This document shows, piece after piece, positions 38,681 through 53,160 of a stretch of 64,000 nt of DNA (within the stretch, counting starts at the first letter, position 1; every line of letters begins with the position of its first letter). Both the position numbers and the translations under genes were made by a program. Source of the stretch: Macrostomum lignano (lineage: Eukaryota); contig NIVC01003954.1 of the NCBI GenBank assembly GCA_002269645.1, positions 3,863 through 67,862 on the forward strand, written 5' to 3'. The notes under the pieces were generated by a model. The model did no database searches. It saw only the letters and a list, made by a program, of their open reading frames with translations, and was not told the origin of the DNA.

Positions 38681-39657
38681 CAAAAGCTAGCCGAGTTCAC
38701 TTATTCAGTTTGCGATCTATTGAATCAAACTGTATTGAAACGCGAGTAGCCAAGGTTAGCACCTGATACCTAAAGTTTTCATTCAATTCTCAAATCTTTG
38801 GGTCAATCCATCCTTTAATGAGTCGGTTCAGTTTCGCTTGCAGTCTTGCAGTCAGCAGAGACAAGGACATCTCCAGCCTGCTGCCGATGCCCCAGTCCTT
38901 CTTTACTAGTTAAATATTTCCTTTTCTACGAACGAACCAACAGAGGGAACAGAGGACTGGGACTGCTAAGAGTATGTTTGATCAGAAACCCCTCCTCCTA
39001 TCCAGCTTCCACATTCTGCTCTTTCTTCCCCACATCTTTCTGTGTGTGGTTTCTTTCGGGAAAATTTTTCCCAAACTCGAATTGCTTCGGTTTCTTAAAC
39101 ACCCACCTGGGGTTATTTACCGTTCACGAGGAGCCCTGCAATTAGTGACTTTTGGTACTTTTGATGCTGCGCTGACCCTCAGCACCTCAGAAATTGTGAG
39201 CTTACAGATTAATCCTGACTCGAACCCGTAGAAGGCAAGCAATAATGGCTAAACTTGGCCATTTCTGTAACAGAATATCCTTAATCTTTTTCCTAGGCTT
39301 TTTTGCCTAAGGCGATTGACAACTGCTCTTTGGGATGAAGGGCAGGGACTTGAGATATTGCATGACTAGAGGAGGCTGAGGCCGCTCCAGACCGATGACA
39401 TATTGAATTGACTTTGGCCAGCACTTTTGCAAAAGAAAATTGTTTGCAAAGACTAAAATATTAGAGAAGACGATTTCTGGGACACAGAAAATCTCAAGGA
39501 AGTCACGAGCGAGCGGACAGGAAGATGATAAGAGAGGCACTCGCAGACAGGGTTGTTAGGGCGTTTCGGACTGAGTTCCTTCTTGGACTTTGTCAGTCAG
39601 CTGGGTTACGGTTAATCCTTGCTGGGTTTTTTGGTTTCTGCTGAGGCTCCATTTAGT

Positions 39658-40452
39658 TGATTTTGTTTCCTAATTGGTAGATTTTGTCTCCTAATTGGTA
39701 GATTTTGTCTCCTAATTGGTAGATTTTGTTTCCTAATTGGTAGATTTTGTCTCCTAATTGGTAGATTTTGTCTCCTAATTGGTAGATTTTGTCTCCTAAT
39801 TGGTAGATTTTGTTTCCTAATTGGTAGATTTTGTCTCCTAATTGGTAGATTTTGTTTCCTAATTGGTAGATTTTGTCTCCTGATTGGTAGATTTTGTCTC
39901 CTGATTGGTAGATTTTGTCTCCTAATTGGTAGATTTTGTTTCCTAATTGGTAGATTTTGTCTCCTAATTGGTAGATTTTGTTTCCTAATTGGTAGATTTT
40001 GTTTCCTAATTGGTAGATTTTTTTCCTAATTGGAGGATTTTGTTTCCTAATTGGTAGATTTTGTCTCCTAATTGGTAGATTTGTTTCCTAATTGGTAGAT
40101 TTTGTCTCCTAATTGGTAGATTTGTCTCCTAATTGGTAGATTTTGTTTCCTAATTGGTAGATTTTGTTTCCTAATTGGTAGATTTTGTCTCCTAATTGGT
40201 AGATTTTGTCTCCTAATCGGTAGATTTTGTTTCCTAATTAGTAGATTTTGTCTCCTAATTGGTAGTTTTGTCTCCTAATAGGTAGATTTTTTCTCCTAAT
40301 TGGCATATTTTGTCTTTTAATTGGTAGATTTTGTCTCCTAATGGGTAGATTTTGTCTCCTAATTGGTATATTTTGTCTTTTAATTGGTAGATTTTGTCTC
40401 CTTATTGGTAGATTTTGTCTCCTAATTGGTAGATTTTGTTTCCTAATTACTA
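39658..40452. repeat. 22-bp minisatellite (TTTTGTCTCCTAATTGGTAGA-type)
   Basis: Visible. Confidence 0.93.
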
Positions 40453-41211
40453 GATATGGTCTTGAGTTTACAAGCAGGACTTCCTTAGTCTATAATGCAG
40501 GAAACTCAGCAAAAGCACTGTATTTTGTTTAGTAACCAACTGACTCACACTGAACTGTATGTTAAACCTCTGCTAACACAATCGGGTACTCGTGGGCCCT
40601 CAGGCCCCACTTGGAGGCATAGTGAATCAATATAGATAAGATTAATAAAAAATTACCTGCACTAATAACTTCACTAATATTGGTTAAAAACGAATCGCTA
40701 GCTCAGCTCCGAGCATAGCTAAGTTTAATTTTTCGAGATAAACCTTATATTTATTAGTGGATATTTCTCGAATGCTCCACCAAGCAATTCCTTACTCTCT
40801 CTCCCCTACCCTCCAACCCCCCCCCCTCTGGTGGAGTTGGCTGGGTCAACGGGGGTTGGTTGGCTGTTGGGGTGCCCTGGTCACCGCCTCCCCAAAGATA
40901 GGGCAGGGGGCCTCTTGTTGGTTTAAGGGCAAGGCAAGAAAGAAACCTGCCTTTCCAAACAGCCGCAAAAGCAACTTTATAAACGCCCCAACGCAAGTTT
41001 TTTTAATGCCAAGAACACAGACCTGAGACCAAAAACAGTCCCTATTTTAAGAGTTCAAGGCTCGAACAGCTTCTTACAAGCAAAATAAACGCAATTCTCT
41101 TTCCCTAACTTTGGTGTTTGTTTCTTTCGAAAATTCTTTGAAAGATCAACAGCCTGGCAGTTATGACAGAGCGCCATCGCGTATTTTATTAGCCGAACCA
41201 ATTGAATAAGT

Positions 41212-41549
41212 ATGCAAAAGCAAACGCTATTGCTGCTTCCACTGCTGATTCTGTTGGATTGTCCGGCCGAAGTCAAAGCGGAGCAGTTCCGCCTGCTGTG
41301 CCTGCTGCCTCAGGACAGCCCCTACCAGTTCGACCACAGCCTGGTCGCCCCCAGCACCGACCTGGTCATGGACAGCCTGACTGCGCGAGGTCTCAACAAG
41401 CACTTCAGTCTGAACATCAGCTTTGAGAATTCCACCTGTTCGAACAGGGCCGCCCTGCCGGCCATGGAGTACTATTACTCTGGCCGGGTGGACGGCTTCC
41501 TTGGCCTGGCCTGTCCGGAAAGTTGCAGCCAAGTCGTCCAGTATTCGGG
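41212..41549 (+). CDS. Variable cassette V3, exon a
   Basis: MQKQTLLLLPLLILL leader; FRLLCLLPQDSPYQF...VAPSTDLVM...FENSTCS...VDGFLGLAC; phase-2 donor GG|GTGAGG. Confidence 0.85.
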
Positions 41550-41794
41550 GTGAGGAGTCCTTGAAGTCCTTGAATGTACTTTGATGGTCGAAAAAGTTCT
41601 TACCAAAATCCACACCTCATCCATTGCCGATAGCCTCAGAAACTTTTATCCACATTAGTGGCTTAACCCAGTCCCCATTAATTCCCCCCATTTAGTCCCC
41701 GAGCTGTCAAATGAGAACCCAATTCATTAAAAAACAAAATTTTCGAAAAACACAGGCCGCTACAGGGACTGCTGAAACAGAAGGACCATGTACT

Positions 41795-42569
41795 GGGGCG
41801 CTTTCATATCTCCGACACTTCATATCTCCGACACTTCATATCTCCGACACTTCATATCTCCGACACTTCACATCTCCGACATTTCATATCTCCGACACTT
41901 CATATCTCCGACACTTCATATCTCCGACACTTCATATCTCTGTCACTTCATATCTCCGACACTTCATATCTCTGTCACTTCATATCTCCGACACTTCATA
42001 TCTCCGACACTTCACATCTCCGACATTTCATATCTCCGACACTTCATATCTCCGACACTTCATATCTCCGACACTTCATATCTCTGTCACTTCATATCTC
42101 CGACACTTCATATCTCTGTCACTTCATATCTCCGACACTTCATATCTCCGACACTTCACATCTCCGACATTTCATATCTCCGACACTTCATATCTCCGAC
42201 ACTTCACATCTCCGACATTTCATATCTCCGACACTTCATATCTCCGACACTTCACATCTCCGACATTTCATATCTCCGACACTTCATATCTCCGACATTT
42301 CATATCTCTGTCACTTCATATCTCCGACACTTCATATCTCCGACACTTCATATCTCTGTCACTTCATATCTCCGACACTTCATATCTCTGTCACTTCATA
42401 TCTCCGACACTTCATATCTCCGACACTTCATATCTCCGACACTTCATATCTCTGTCACTTCCTATCTCCGACAAGCTTAACCCCTATGCCTAAGATATGA
42501 AGTGTCGGATGTATGAAACTTCGGATATGTACAACGTTGAAAGTATGACATTTCGGAGATGTAAAACCC
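41795..42569. repeat. 17-bp tandem array (TTCATATCTCCGACACT) with short inverted copies at the right end (foldback/MITE-like)
   Basis: Array 41803-42471. 42493-42516 GATATGAAGTGTCGGATGTATGAA and the terminal TTCGGAGATGTAAAACCC are reverse complements of the unit and of the left end. Confidence 0.75.
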
Positions 42570-42675
42570 TCATTGGGAGCGGTTGTTTACGCTGCCACGA
42601 AATTGTGTGCCACAAAAAAGTTGACCTCACGCACACAGCAACCTTTTTTGACTTTTGTCTGTAAGAACTCGTTTG

Positions 42676-43212
42676 GGCACCCCTCTGACACTAATTTGGG
42701 CACCCCTCTGACACTAATTTTGGCGCCCCTCTGACACTAATTTTGGCGCCCCTCTGACTCATTTTGGCACCCCTCTGAAACTCATTTTGGCGCCCCTCTG
42801 ACACTCATTTTGGCACCCCTCTGAAACTCATTTTGGCGCCCCTCTGACACTCATTTTGGCACCCCTCTGAAACTCACTTTGGCGCCCCTCTGACACTCAT
42901 TTTGGCGCCCCTCTGACACTCATTTTGGCACCCCTCTGACACTCATTTTGGCGCCCCTCTGACACTCATTTTGGCGCCCCTCTGACACTCATTTTGGCAC
43001 CCCTCTGAAACTCATTTTGGCGCCCCTCTGACACTCATTTTGGTGCCTCCCTGACACTCATTTTTGGGACCCTCTGATACTCATTTTGGCACCCCTCTGA
43101 CACTCATTTTGGCACCCCTCTGACACTCAGTTTGGTGCCTCCCTGACACTCATTTTGGCGTCCCCTGACACTCATTTTGGCGCCCCTCTGACACTCATTT
43201 TGACGCCCCTCA
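42676..43212. repeat. 23-bp-class minisatellite (TTTTGGCGCCCCTCTGACACTCA)n
   Basis: Visible. Confidence 0.93.
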
Positions 43213-43273
43213 AAAATGTTTCCAACAGAAAATTTAATGAATTATTGACCTAATACTGCGATTGCACAATCAG

Positions 43274-43629
43274 GGAGCGGTGGAACAAGCCGGTAGTCAG
43301 CATTGGAGCAGTTGAGATGGCATTCCGCGACAGTGCAAACATCCAATACAGACACGACATCTTTGTTCGAGTCAGCTTTGATAGCGGCGAACTGATTCAC
43401 TCAATTGTGAAGGCAATTTTTCTGCCAAACGCTTGGCGAAAGTTTTTCGGCATGTTCACCTGGTCGCACGGATACGCTAAGAACAGTGGCAATCTGTTTA
43501 TGCAAGGCTTCAACTGGGTACGGCAGCGAATGAATATGAAAGCCGACTACTTTGACACGCAGAATAGGACCTTTACAGAAGAGGAGATTACTAACACGTT
43601 GAAGCAGAGAATCGCATCGAAATACTCCG
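43274..43629 (+). CDS. Variable cassette V3, exon b
   Basis: Phase-2 acceptor cacaatcag gives YSG-ERWNKPVVSIGAVEMAFRD...FVRV...AWRKF; ends IASKYS plus a phase-1 donor G|GTAAGA. Confidence 0.85.
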
Positions 43630-43803
43630 GTAAGAATGAATCGGAGCCTTCAGAGTCTTCGCGATCAAATATTGAAAAGCCGAACCGATTTTAGCTTGTT
43701 ACAACATTTTAGCGATATGTCTTCTATCAAATGCTTCCCATATCTTCCTAGCTTTTCAATCGGGCCAAGAAATCAGCCGTTGCCCTGATTTCCACAAGTT
43801 AAG

Positions 43804-44790
43804 GTGGAAAAGGAGTGGTGGGGCACACAAACAGCCACCCCAACCAATTTAGGCGGAAAAGGGGCGGTGGGGCACACAAACAGCCACCCCAACCAATTTA
43901 GGCGGAAAAGGGGCGGTGGGGCACACGAACAGCCACCCCAACCAATTTAGGCGGACAAGGGGCGGTGGGGCACTCAAACAGCCACCCCAACCAATTAAAG
44001 CGGACAAGGGGTGGTGGGGCACTCAACCAGCCACGCCAACCAATTTAGGCGGAAAAGGGGCGGTGGGGCACAAACAGCCACCCCAACCAATTTAGGCGGA
44101 AAAGGGGCGGTGGGGCACACAAACAGCCACCCCAACCAATTTAGGCGGAAAAGGGGCGGTGGGGCACTCAAACAGCCACCCCAACCAATTAAAGCGGAAA
44201 AGGGGCGGTGGGGCACTCAACCAGCCACGCCAACCAATTTAGGCAAAAAAGGGGCGGTGGGGCACAAACAGCCACCCCAACCAATTTAGGCGGAAAAGGG
44301 GCGGTGGGGCACAAACAGCCACCCCAACCAATTTAGGCGGACAAGGGGCGGTGGGGCACAAACAGCCACCCCAACCAATTTAGGCGGACAAGGGGCGGTG
44401 GGGCACTCAAACAGCCACCCCAACCAATTAAAGCGGACAAGGGGTGGTGGGGCACTCAAACAGCCACGCCAACCAATTTAGGCGGAAAAGGGGCGGTGGG
44501 GCACTCAACCAGCCACGCCAACCAATTTAGGCGGAAAAGGGGCGGTGGGGCACAAACAGCCACCCCAACCAATTTAGGCGGAAAAGGGGCGGTGGGGCAC
44601 TCAACACAGCCACCCCAACCAATTTAGGCGGAAAAGGGGCGGTGGGGCACTCAACACAGCCACCCCAACCAATTTAGGCGGAAAAGGGGCGGTGGGGCAC
44701 TCAACACAGCCACCCCAACCAATTTAGGCGGAAAAGGGGCGGTGGGGCACACGAAACAGCCACCCCAACCAGTTAAGGCGGAAAAGGGGC
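43804..44790. repeat. ~45-47-bp G-rich minisatellite (GGCGGAAAAGGGGCGGTGGGGCAC...CCACCCCAACCAATTTA)n
   Basis: Visible. Confidence 0.93.
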
Positions 44791-45599
44791 CGTGGTGTAT
44801 TTTTTATGCAATGCAAATCTCAATGAAATTTCTACCATTCTTAACTTAGAAATATCAACAAATAAGGCGGAAACCCAAGCGCATCTACTGATAGTAGCTT
44901 GTTTAAAACGACGTAAAAATCCACAGAACGAGATTGTACCCCTAATCGTACGCTCACATGAGCGAGATGCCAAAATAATTTAATCCGTCCTCGGCCACAC
45001 GCGACAGTCTGTCGCAATAATCGTGAATTTAAAGGCAGTGCAGAGAGCGGTCAGTTTGACCAGTAGCTCTGCAAAAACCCCTACTTCATCTCTCTTCGTG
45101 CAAGCATGCAGTCCCCTGCAGAGTGGCAGCTTGCCCATTACTCAAAAAATATGTCTGACCAACGCTGAGCAACTTAATTAATCGCATAAATGCAATCGAG
45201 TTGGCAGTGGGCAGTGTGGTAGCAGGCATGGTCACACTCTGTCTCACCTCACTTTCTGCCTGTCACATGGACTAGCCAACCCCCGCCTCGCCGGAGCATT
45301 TCTGAATGCGAAGAGACTGAACGGGTGTAGCGGCTTCAGTACTCCTATCCAGCCAGTACTTTCAGATGTTAGGCTTCAGTGTTCACCCTTAATGCGGTTA
45401 CATCCCTCCGGCAGTAGAGCTCTTCCCACACAGTTGTCATATCTTATTCATCATTTTGTCAAATATGGCTTTCATTCTAACACCGGCACAGACCATTAAT
45501 AGAACATAAAAATTAATAGTTATTATCAGTACTAAAATGCATTTCAATTCCTTACGTTTTGCAATTGAAATCTCCCATCATCTCCGACCATCAGGATAA

Positions 45600-47572
45600 A
45601 ATCTCCCACACAAACTTCAACACGATCTCCGACACAATCTCCGACACAATCTTCGACACAATCTCCTACAAAATCTCTGACACAATCTCCGACACAATCT
45701 TCGACACGATCTCCGACACAATCTCCGACACAATCTCCTACAAAATCTCTGACGCAATCTCCGACACAATCTTCGACACGATCTCCGACACGATCTCTGA
45801 CACAATCTCCGACACAATCTCCGACACAATCTCCGACATGATCTCTGACACAATCTCCTACAAAATCTCTGACACTATCTCTGACACAATCTCCGACACG
45901 ATCTCCGACACAATCTCCGACACGATCTCTGACACAATCCCCGACACAATCTCCGACACGATCTCTGACACAATCTCTGACACAATCCCCGACACAATCT
46001 CCGACACAATCTCCGACCATCTCCGGCAAAATCTCCGACACAATATCCGACACAATTTCCGATACGATCTCTGACACAATTTCCGATACGATCTCTGACA
46101 CAATCCCCGACACAATCTCCGACACAATCTCTGACACGATCTCCGACCATCTCCGGCAAAATCTCCGACACAATCTCCGACCATCTCCGGCAAAATTTCC
46201 GACACAATCTCTGACACGATCTCTGACACAATATCCGACACAATTTCCGATACGATCTCTGACACAATCTCCGACACGATCTCTGACACAATCCCCGACA
46301 CAATCTCCGGCACAATCTCCGACACAATCTCTGACACGATCTCTGACACAATCCCCGACAAATCTCTGACACGATCTCGGACACAATATCCGACACAATT
46401 TCCGATACGATCTCTGACACAATTTCCGATACGATCTCTGACACAATCTCCGACAAGATCTCTGACACAATCCCCGACACAATCTCTGACACAATCTCCG
46501 ACACAATCTCCGACCATCTTCGGCAAAATCTCCGACACAATCTCTGACACGATCTCTGACACAATCCCCGACACAATCTCCGACACAATCTCTGACACGA
46601 TCTCTGACACGATCTCGGACACAATATCCGACACAATTTCCGATACGATCTCTGACACAATCCCCGACACAATCTCCGACACAATCTCCGACCATCTCCG
46701 GCAAAATCTCCGACACAATCTCTGACACGATCTCTGACACAATCCCCGACACAATCTCCGACACAATCTCTGACACGATCTCGGACACAATATCCGACAC
46801 AATCTCCGACACAATCTTTGACACGATCTCTGACACGATCTCGGACACAATCTCCGACACAATCTCCGACCATCTCCGGCAAAATCTCCGACACAATCTC
46901 TGACACGATCTCTGACACAATCCCCGACACAATCTCCGACACAATCTCTGACACGATCTCGGACACAATCTCCGACACAATTTCCGATACGATCTCTGAC
47001 ACAATTTCCGATACGATCTCTGACACAATCTCCGACACGATCTTCGACACGATCTTTGACACAATCTCTGACACGATCTTTGACACAATCTCTGACACGA
47101 TCTCTGACACAATCCCCGACACGATCTCTGACACAATCTCTGACACGATCTCTGACACAATCCCCGACACAATCTCTGACACGATCTCGGACACAATCTC
47201 CGACACAATTTCCGATACGATCTCTGACACAATTTCCGATACGATCTCTGACACAATCTCCGACACGATCTCCGACACGATCTCTGACACAATCTCTGAC
47301 ACAATCTCTGACACGATCTTTGACACAATCTCTGACTCAATCTCCGACATGATCTCTGACACAATCTCCGACACAATCTCTGACACAATCTCCGACACAA
47401 TCTCTGACACGATCTCTGACACAATCTCCAGCACAATCTCCGACACAAGCCCCGACATAATCTCCGACCATCTCCAGCACAATCTCCGACACAAGCCCCG
47501 ACATAATCTCCGACCATCTCCAGCACAATCTCCGACACAAGCCCCGACATAATCTCCGACCATCTCTGGCAC
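45600..47572. repeat. 12-bp-based satellite (ACACAATCTCCG/ACACGATCTCTG)n
   Basis: Visible; explains the SEIV, TISD and CQRL ORFs. Confidence 0.95.
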
Positions 47573-47980
47573 AATCACTAACCAACTCTGACATTTTTCC
47601 AACCCGCCTCCAACTCTGAAACATTGGCCCTCACAAAGTCAATATTGAACTGAATCGTGTAGCCCTCAATATTCTAACCGAAAGCAATTATCACTGGGGC
47701 CCAAGATGCATTAAAATCCATTAAAATAGTCCCAGCCAATCAGGTTTAAGGCTTCTATCACTAAACGCTGCTCAGCTGCAACCAATGGGAGCAGTCAATG
47801 GGAGCAGACCCTGCCTAGGCCTAGTATTCTTCAGTTCTTAACTTGTCCCAAATCTCTTTTTCAACAAAAGCCAAACAGCACATGCCCAGCAGCAATCTTA
47901 ATAAAATTTGTGAATCAAAATATAACTTAAGACTGAAAAAGCAGGTTTGATTGCAAAAGCAAGGAACAACAGCAAGAAAT

Positions 47981-48275
47981 ATGCTACTGCCGCTGCTGCT
48001 GCTGCTGCTGCCAGCTGCTCTCAGCCTCTCAGCGCCATCACCAGTAGGCAGATCGTTGAAAATCTCGGTCCTACTCCCAATGTCGCGGCACAACATCTCC
48101 CACATGAGTCTTGAACGCGTCCTGCCTGTTGTCGACGTTGCGGTGGCGTCCGCCCAGTCTGTTGGTCTGTTGTCAAATGTCACAGTTCGGTTGCTAAGCA
48201 ACGATAGCGAATGCGACTATTCAATTGCTCCGGTGGTTGGCATGCTCATGCTCCGCGAGGTTGACCTGATGCTGG
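47981..48275 (+). CDS. Variable cassette V4, exon a
   Basis: MLLPLLLLLLPAALS leader; LKISVLLP...SLERVLPVVDVAV...DSECDYSIAP...VDLMLG; phase-1 donor G|GTAAGT. Confidence 0.9.
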
Positions 48276-48334
48276 GTAAGTGAATGACATTAGTGTCTTT
48301 TTTCTTGCTGCGTTGCTATATGTTACATCTCACC

Positions 48335-48806
48335 ATGTTTCTCTCATAATTCTCACCCTGTCTCTCTCCTTAATCTCACCGCGTTTCTTCTTAATCCCAT
48401 CCTTTCTCTCTCCGTAATCTCATCTCTTCTCTCCTTAAGCTCATCCTCTCTCGCACCTCAATCTCACCGTGTCTCTCTCCTTAATCTCACCCCGTCTCTC
48501 TCCTTAATCTGACCCCGTCTCTCTCCTTAATCTCACCCTGTCTCTCTTCTTAATCTCATCGTGTCTCTCTCCTTAATCTCACCCTGTCTCTCTCCTTAAT
48601 CTCACTGTGTCTCTCTCCTTAATCTCACCCTGTCTCTCTCCTTAATCTCATCGTGTCTCTCTCCTTAATCTCACCCTGTCTCTCTTCTTAATCTCATCGT
48701 GTCTCTCTCCTTAATCTCACCCTGTTTCTCTCCTTAATTTCACCCCGTCTCTCTCCTTAATCTCACCCTGTCTCTCTCTTTAATCTCATCGTGTCTCTCT
48801 CCTTAG
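48335..48806. repeat. ~23-bp pyrimidine-rich tandem repeat (TCTCTCTCCTTAATCTCACCCTG)
   Basis: Visible. Confidence 0.88.
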
Positions 48807-49289
48807 TCGCACATTATCTATACCTATAAAAATGAAATCCCTAATAAATATCATTTTATCTCTCCTTATTCTCATACTATCTCTGCTACCACTGCCCCTT
48901 TCTTACCTATCTATATTTTCCCTCACTTTACAGGCCTCCGAAACATCACACGCTTCCCTTTCTCACTCCTTCCCTCCTCCCAGCGCTCTCTCACCTTCTA
49001 TTTCCTGTGTCGCTGACTCCCTGATAATTTCTAATGCGGCAGTATCAGCCAACCCGGATGTTGGACAAGATGGAGCGACCGACAGACGGGGGTTGGCTGC
49101 AAAAAAATCATAGCAACGAAATGGACGAAGCGGGAAGCTGGGGAGATGAAGGGGATCGCCGGAGCTCCGACCGGGGCGGGAGGGTTGCTGGGTAGGCCAA
49201 CCAACCACCCTATTTCCCAACCGGAAGCTGCTGGATTTCACACCTCAGCAAACTGTCACTGCTGAATCTGTCACTCATTGGAAGCCTCT

Positions 49290-49680
49290 GATGAGCTCAA
49301 CTCACTCATTTGTTCACTCACTCGCACAGTCACTCACTCATTCACTCACTCACTCATTCACTCTCTCATTCACTCACTCACTCATTCACTCTCTCATTCA
49401 CTCACTCACTCATTCACTCTCTCATTCACTCACTCACGCAGTGACTCACGCAGTGACTCACACATTCACTCACTCACTCATTCACTCTCTCATTCACTCA
49501 CACAGTCACTCACTCATTCACTCTCTCATTCACTCTCTCATTCACTCACACAGTCACTCACTCATTCACTCTCTCATTCACTCACTCATTCAATCAGTCA
49601 CTCACTTGCTCGCTCACTCACTCATTCGCTCACTAATTCACTCAATCACTAATTCACTCCATCACTCATTCACTCATGCT
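49290..49680. repeat. (CACT/CATT) low-complexity repeat
   Basis: Visible. Confidence 0.88.
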
Positions 49681-50134
49681 CTCAGTCGCGGGCTCATAAA
49701 CTCACTCATACGAAACTCATATTTTAGCTTGTGATTCTCCACGTCTATCTTTCTGTCAAAGTTCCACAAAGTGGTCCATATTTAGCCTCTGACCTTCTGT
49801 AGCTGTTTCTCTATTTATCGTTTCCTTATTTAATTTTTTGTTTACATCGTTATCAGTTTTATTATTCTTTTCCGGCTGTGATAATGTCTTTTTTTCTTAC
49901 CTGGCTTAGCCACAAAATAGCTGCCAGTCTTTTGAGTTCCAGATTTTCATCTTTTCCGCCTTTGCTGAGCTGATCTTCCCGACAGCACATCTCGACTGTC
50001 TGCCTGTCTGATTCAGTCACACTGCCTCGCGCATCAAGCAAATACACTGCCCCGGTGACGCCTGAAGGAAAGCAAGGGATTATGCGATTTGTTGGGCTGG
50101 CTAGAATTCCCAATGCTGGCTCAGATTTCACGAT

Positions 50135-51217
<1,083 letters not shown>

Positions 51218-51705
51218 CTGAGCTGATGGGCATCAAGTTTGCCTCATCCTACTTATTGACTTCCTATTCCCCCGCTCCTGTCCAATTCGAAAGCCGCCCC
51301 AGCTTGATGGACAGGTGAAGTCGCCACAGAAACCCCAGACGCGGGCCTCCCATCCGGTAGGCAAAAACCCGCCCGATGCTTCCCCTCTAATCCCGCTCTC
51401 ATTTCTCCCATCAGGCTGGGTTGCGGGTGAAAAAGTACCAGTGAGTTCTGCTCACAAACTCTGATGCTTCCTCCACTACTATATCTTCTCTCTTGCTTCG
51501 AAATGTACTTTTATCGAATCGTCGCTCTAGTAAGATCACTTGCGCCTGCATGGATGGGCCTGTCGGGACTGTTCCGCGATCTTCTGACCCCTCTGCTCAA
51601 TAGATGTCATTAGTCAGCAGTGGTAATACTGCTTGCCTGGCTGAAAAGTCATTTGTGGCGCCAGGATAAATTCTATCTCAAATCCCACCCCCTACTTCGT
51701 CGCAG

Positions 51706-52128
51706 GTCCCTACTGCTCCTTTTGTCTTGGCGCCGTGGCCCGGTACAACCGCTACCACCTGTACCAGCGGCCCATCATCACCTCGGGCGGCGGTGCCAGC
51801 GTCCTCAACAACAAAGTGGAATATTACAATCTGATCCGAGTCGGCCCCAGTCACGAGCAGATCGAAGAGATGTTACTCAAGATATTTAAGCACTACAATT
51901 GGAGGCCCAGGCCAGTGCAGACTGTGCTGGTCGTTGGGCCACCAGATGAGATCAACTCCAGGCAGCATCAGTCGGAGTCCATCATCTCTGACGCCTTGGT
52001 GATGAGCGTGGCCATCGAGAAGATGCTCACTCAGCCGAACGTGAGCTACATCGCCAGACGGCTCACGTATAAGCCAGGGAGGCCGCACCTGGCCACCCAG
52101 CTGTTCAAGGTGTTGGAAGAGGTTCGAA
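51706..52128 (+). CDS. Variable cassette V4, exon b
   Basis: Acceptor ttcgtcgcag gives G-PYCSFCLGAVARY...PIITSGG...EYYNLIRVGP...HYNW; ends VLEEVR plus a phase-1 donor A|GTAAGG. Confidence 0.88.
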
Positions 52129-52264
52129 GTAAGGACCGCACGAAGAATTCAAGATTGTGATGAGAATTTTTTTCAGGTTGTATTGAAATAAGCGAGCCTT
52201 TTTGAGCTGAGGTTATTATGCAAATCGCCAGAGATTAAAAAATTATCAACTAAGTCGGCTGATC

Positions 52265-52327
52265 GATCGATCAATCAACCAACCAATCAATCAATCAATC
52301 AATCAACCAACCAATCAATCAATCAAC

Positions 52328-52362
<35 letters not shown>

Positions 52363-52554
52363 CCAATCAACCAACCAACCAATCAATCAACCAATCAACC
52401 AATCAACCAACCAATCAATCAACCAACCAACCAACCAATCAATCAATCAATAAATCAACCAACCAACCAACCAACCAACCAACCAACCAACCAACCAACC
52501 AATCAATCAATCAATTTTCAACGAATCAACCAACCAACCAACCAACCAATCAAC

Positions 52555-52593
<39 letters not shown>

Positions 52594-52686
52594 CCAACCA
52601 ACCAACCAACCAACCAACCAACCAACCAACCAACCAACCAACCAACCAACCAATCAACCAATTAATCAACCAACCAATCAACCAAC

Positions 52687-52717
<31 letters not shown>

Positions 52718-53160
52718 CCAACCAATCAACCAACCAATCAACCAATCAATCAACCAACCAATCAATCAACCAATCAATCAACCAATCAACCAATCAACCA
52801 ACCAATCAATCAACCAACCAATCAATCAATCAATCAACCAACTAACCAACCAACCAACCAACCAACCAATCAACCAACCAACCAATCAATCAACCAATCA
52901 ACCAATCAACCAACCAATCAATCAACCAACCAACCAACCAACCAATCAATCAATCAATCAACCAACCAACCAACCAACCAACCAATCAACCAACCAACCA
53001 ACCAACCAATCAACCAACCAACCAACCAACCAACCAATCAATCAATCAATCAACCAACCAACCAACCAACCAACCAACCAACCAATCAATCAATCAATTT
53101 TCAACGAATCAACCAAACCAACCAACCAACCAATCAATCAGTCAATCAATCAAGCAATTT
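52265..53160. repeat. (CAAT/CAAC)n compound microsatellite
   Basis: Visible. Confidence 0.95.

Noticed and set aside
34055-41215. AG-T-ATG immediately at the V2 and V3 starts, suggesting a shared leader exon or trans-splice acceptor
   Set aside because: Only 2 of 4 cassettes show it, there is no convincing pyrimidine tract at V3, and the V2 frame is open upstream; compatible with chance
44787-44983. VVYFLCNANLNE... as a private copy of constant exon C1 for V3 (phase would fit)
   Set aside because: The acceptor lies in a purine-rich satellite unit, similarity stops after the first five residues, the frame ends in a stop without a donor, and no C2-like exon follows. It should still be included in an HMM check.
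45544-47624. 575-676-aa ORFs of SEIV/CQRL/TISD repeats
   Set aside because: Stop-free frames of a 12-bp satellite; no coding signal independent of the repeat
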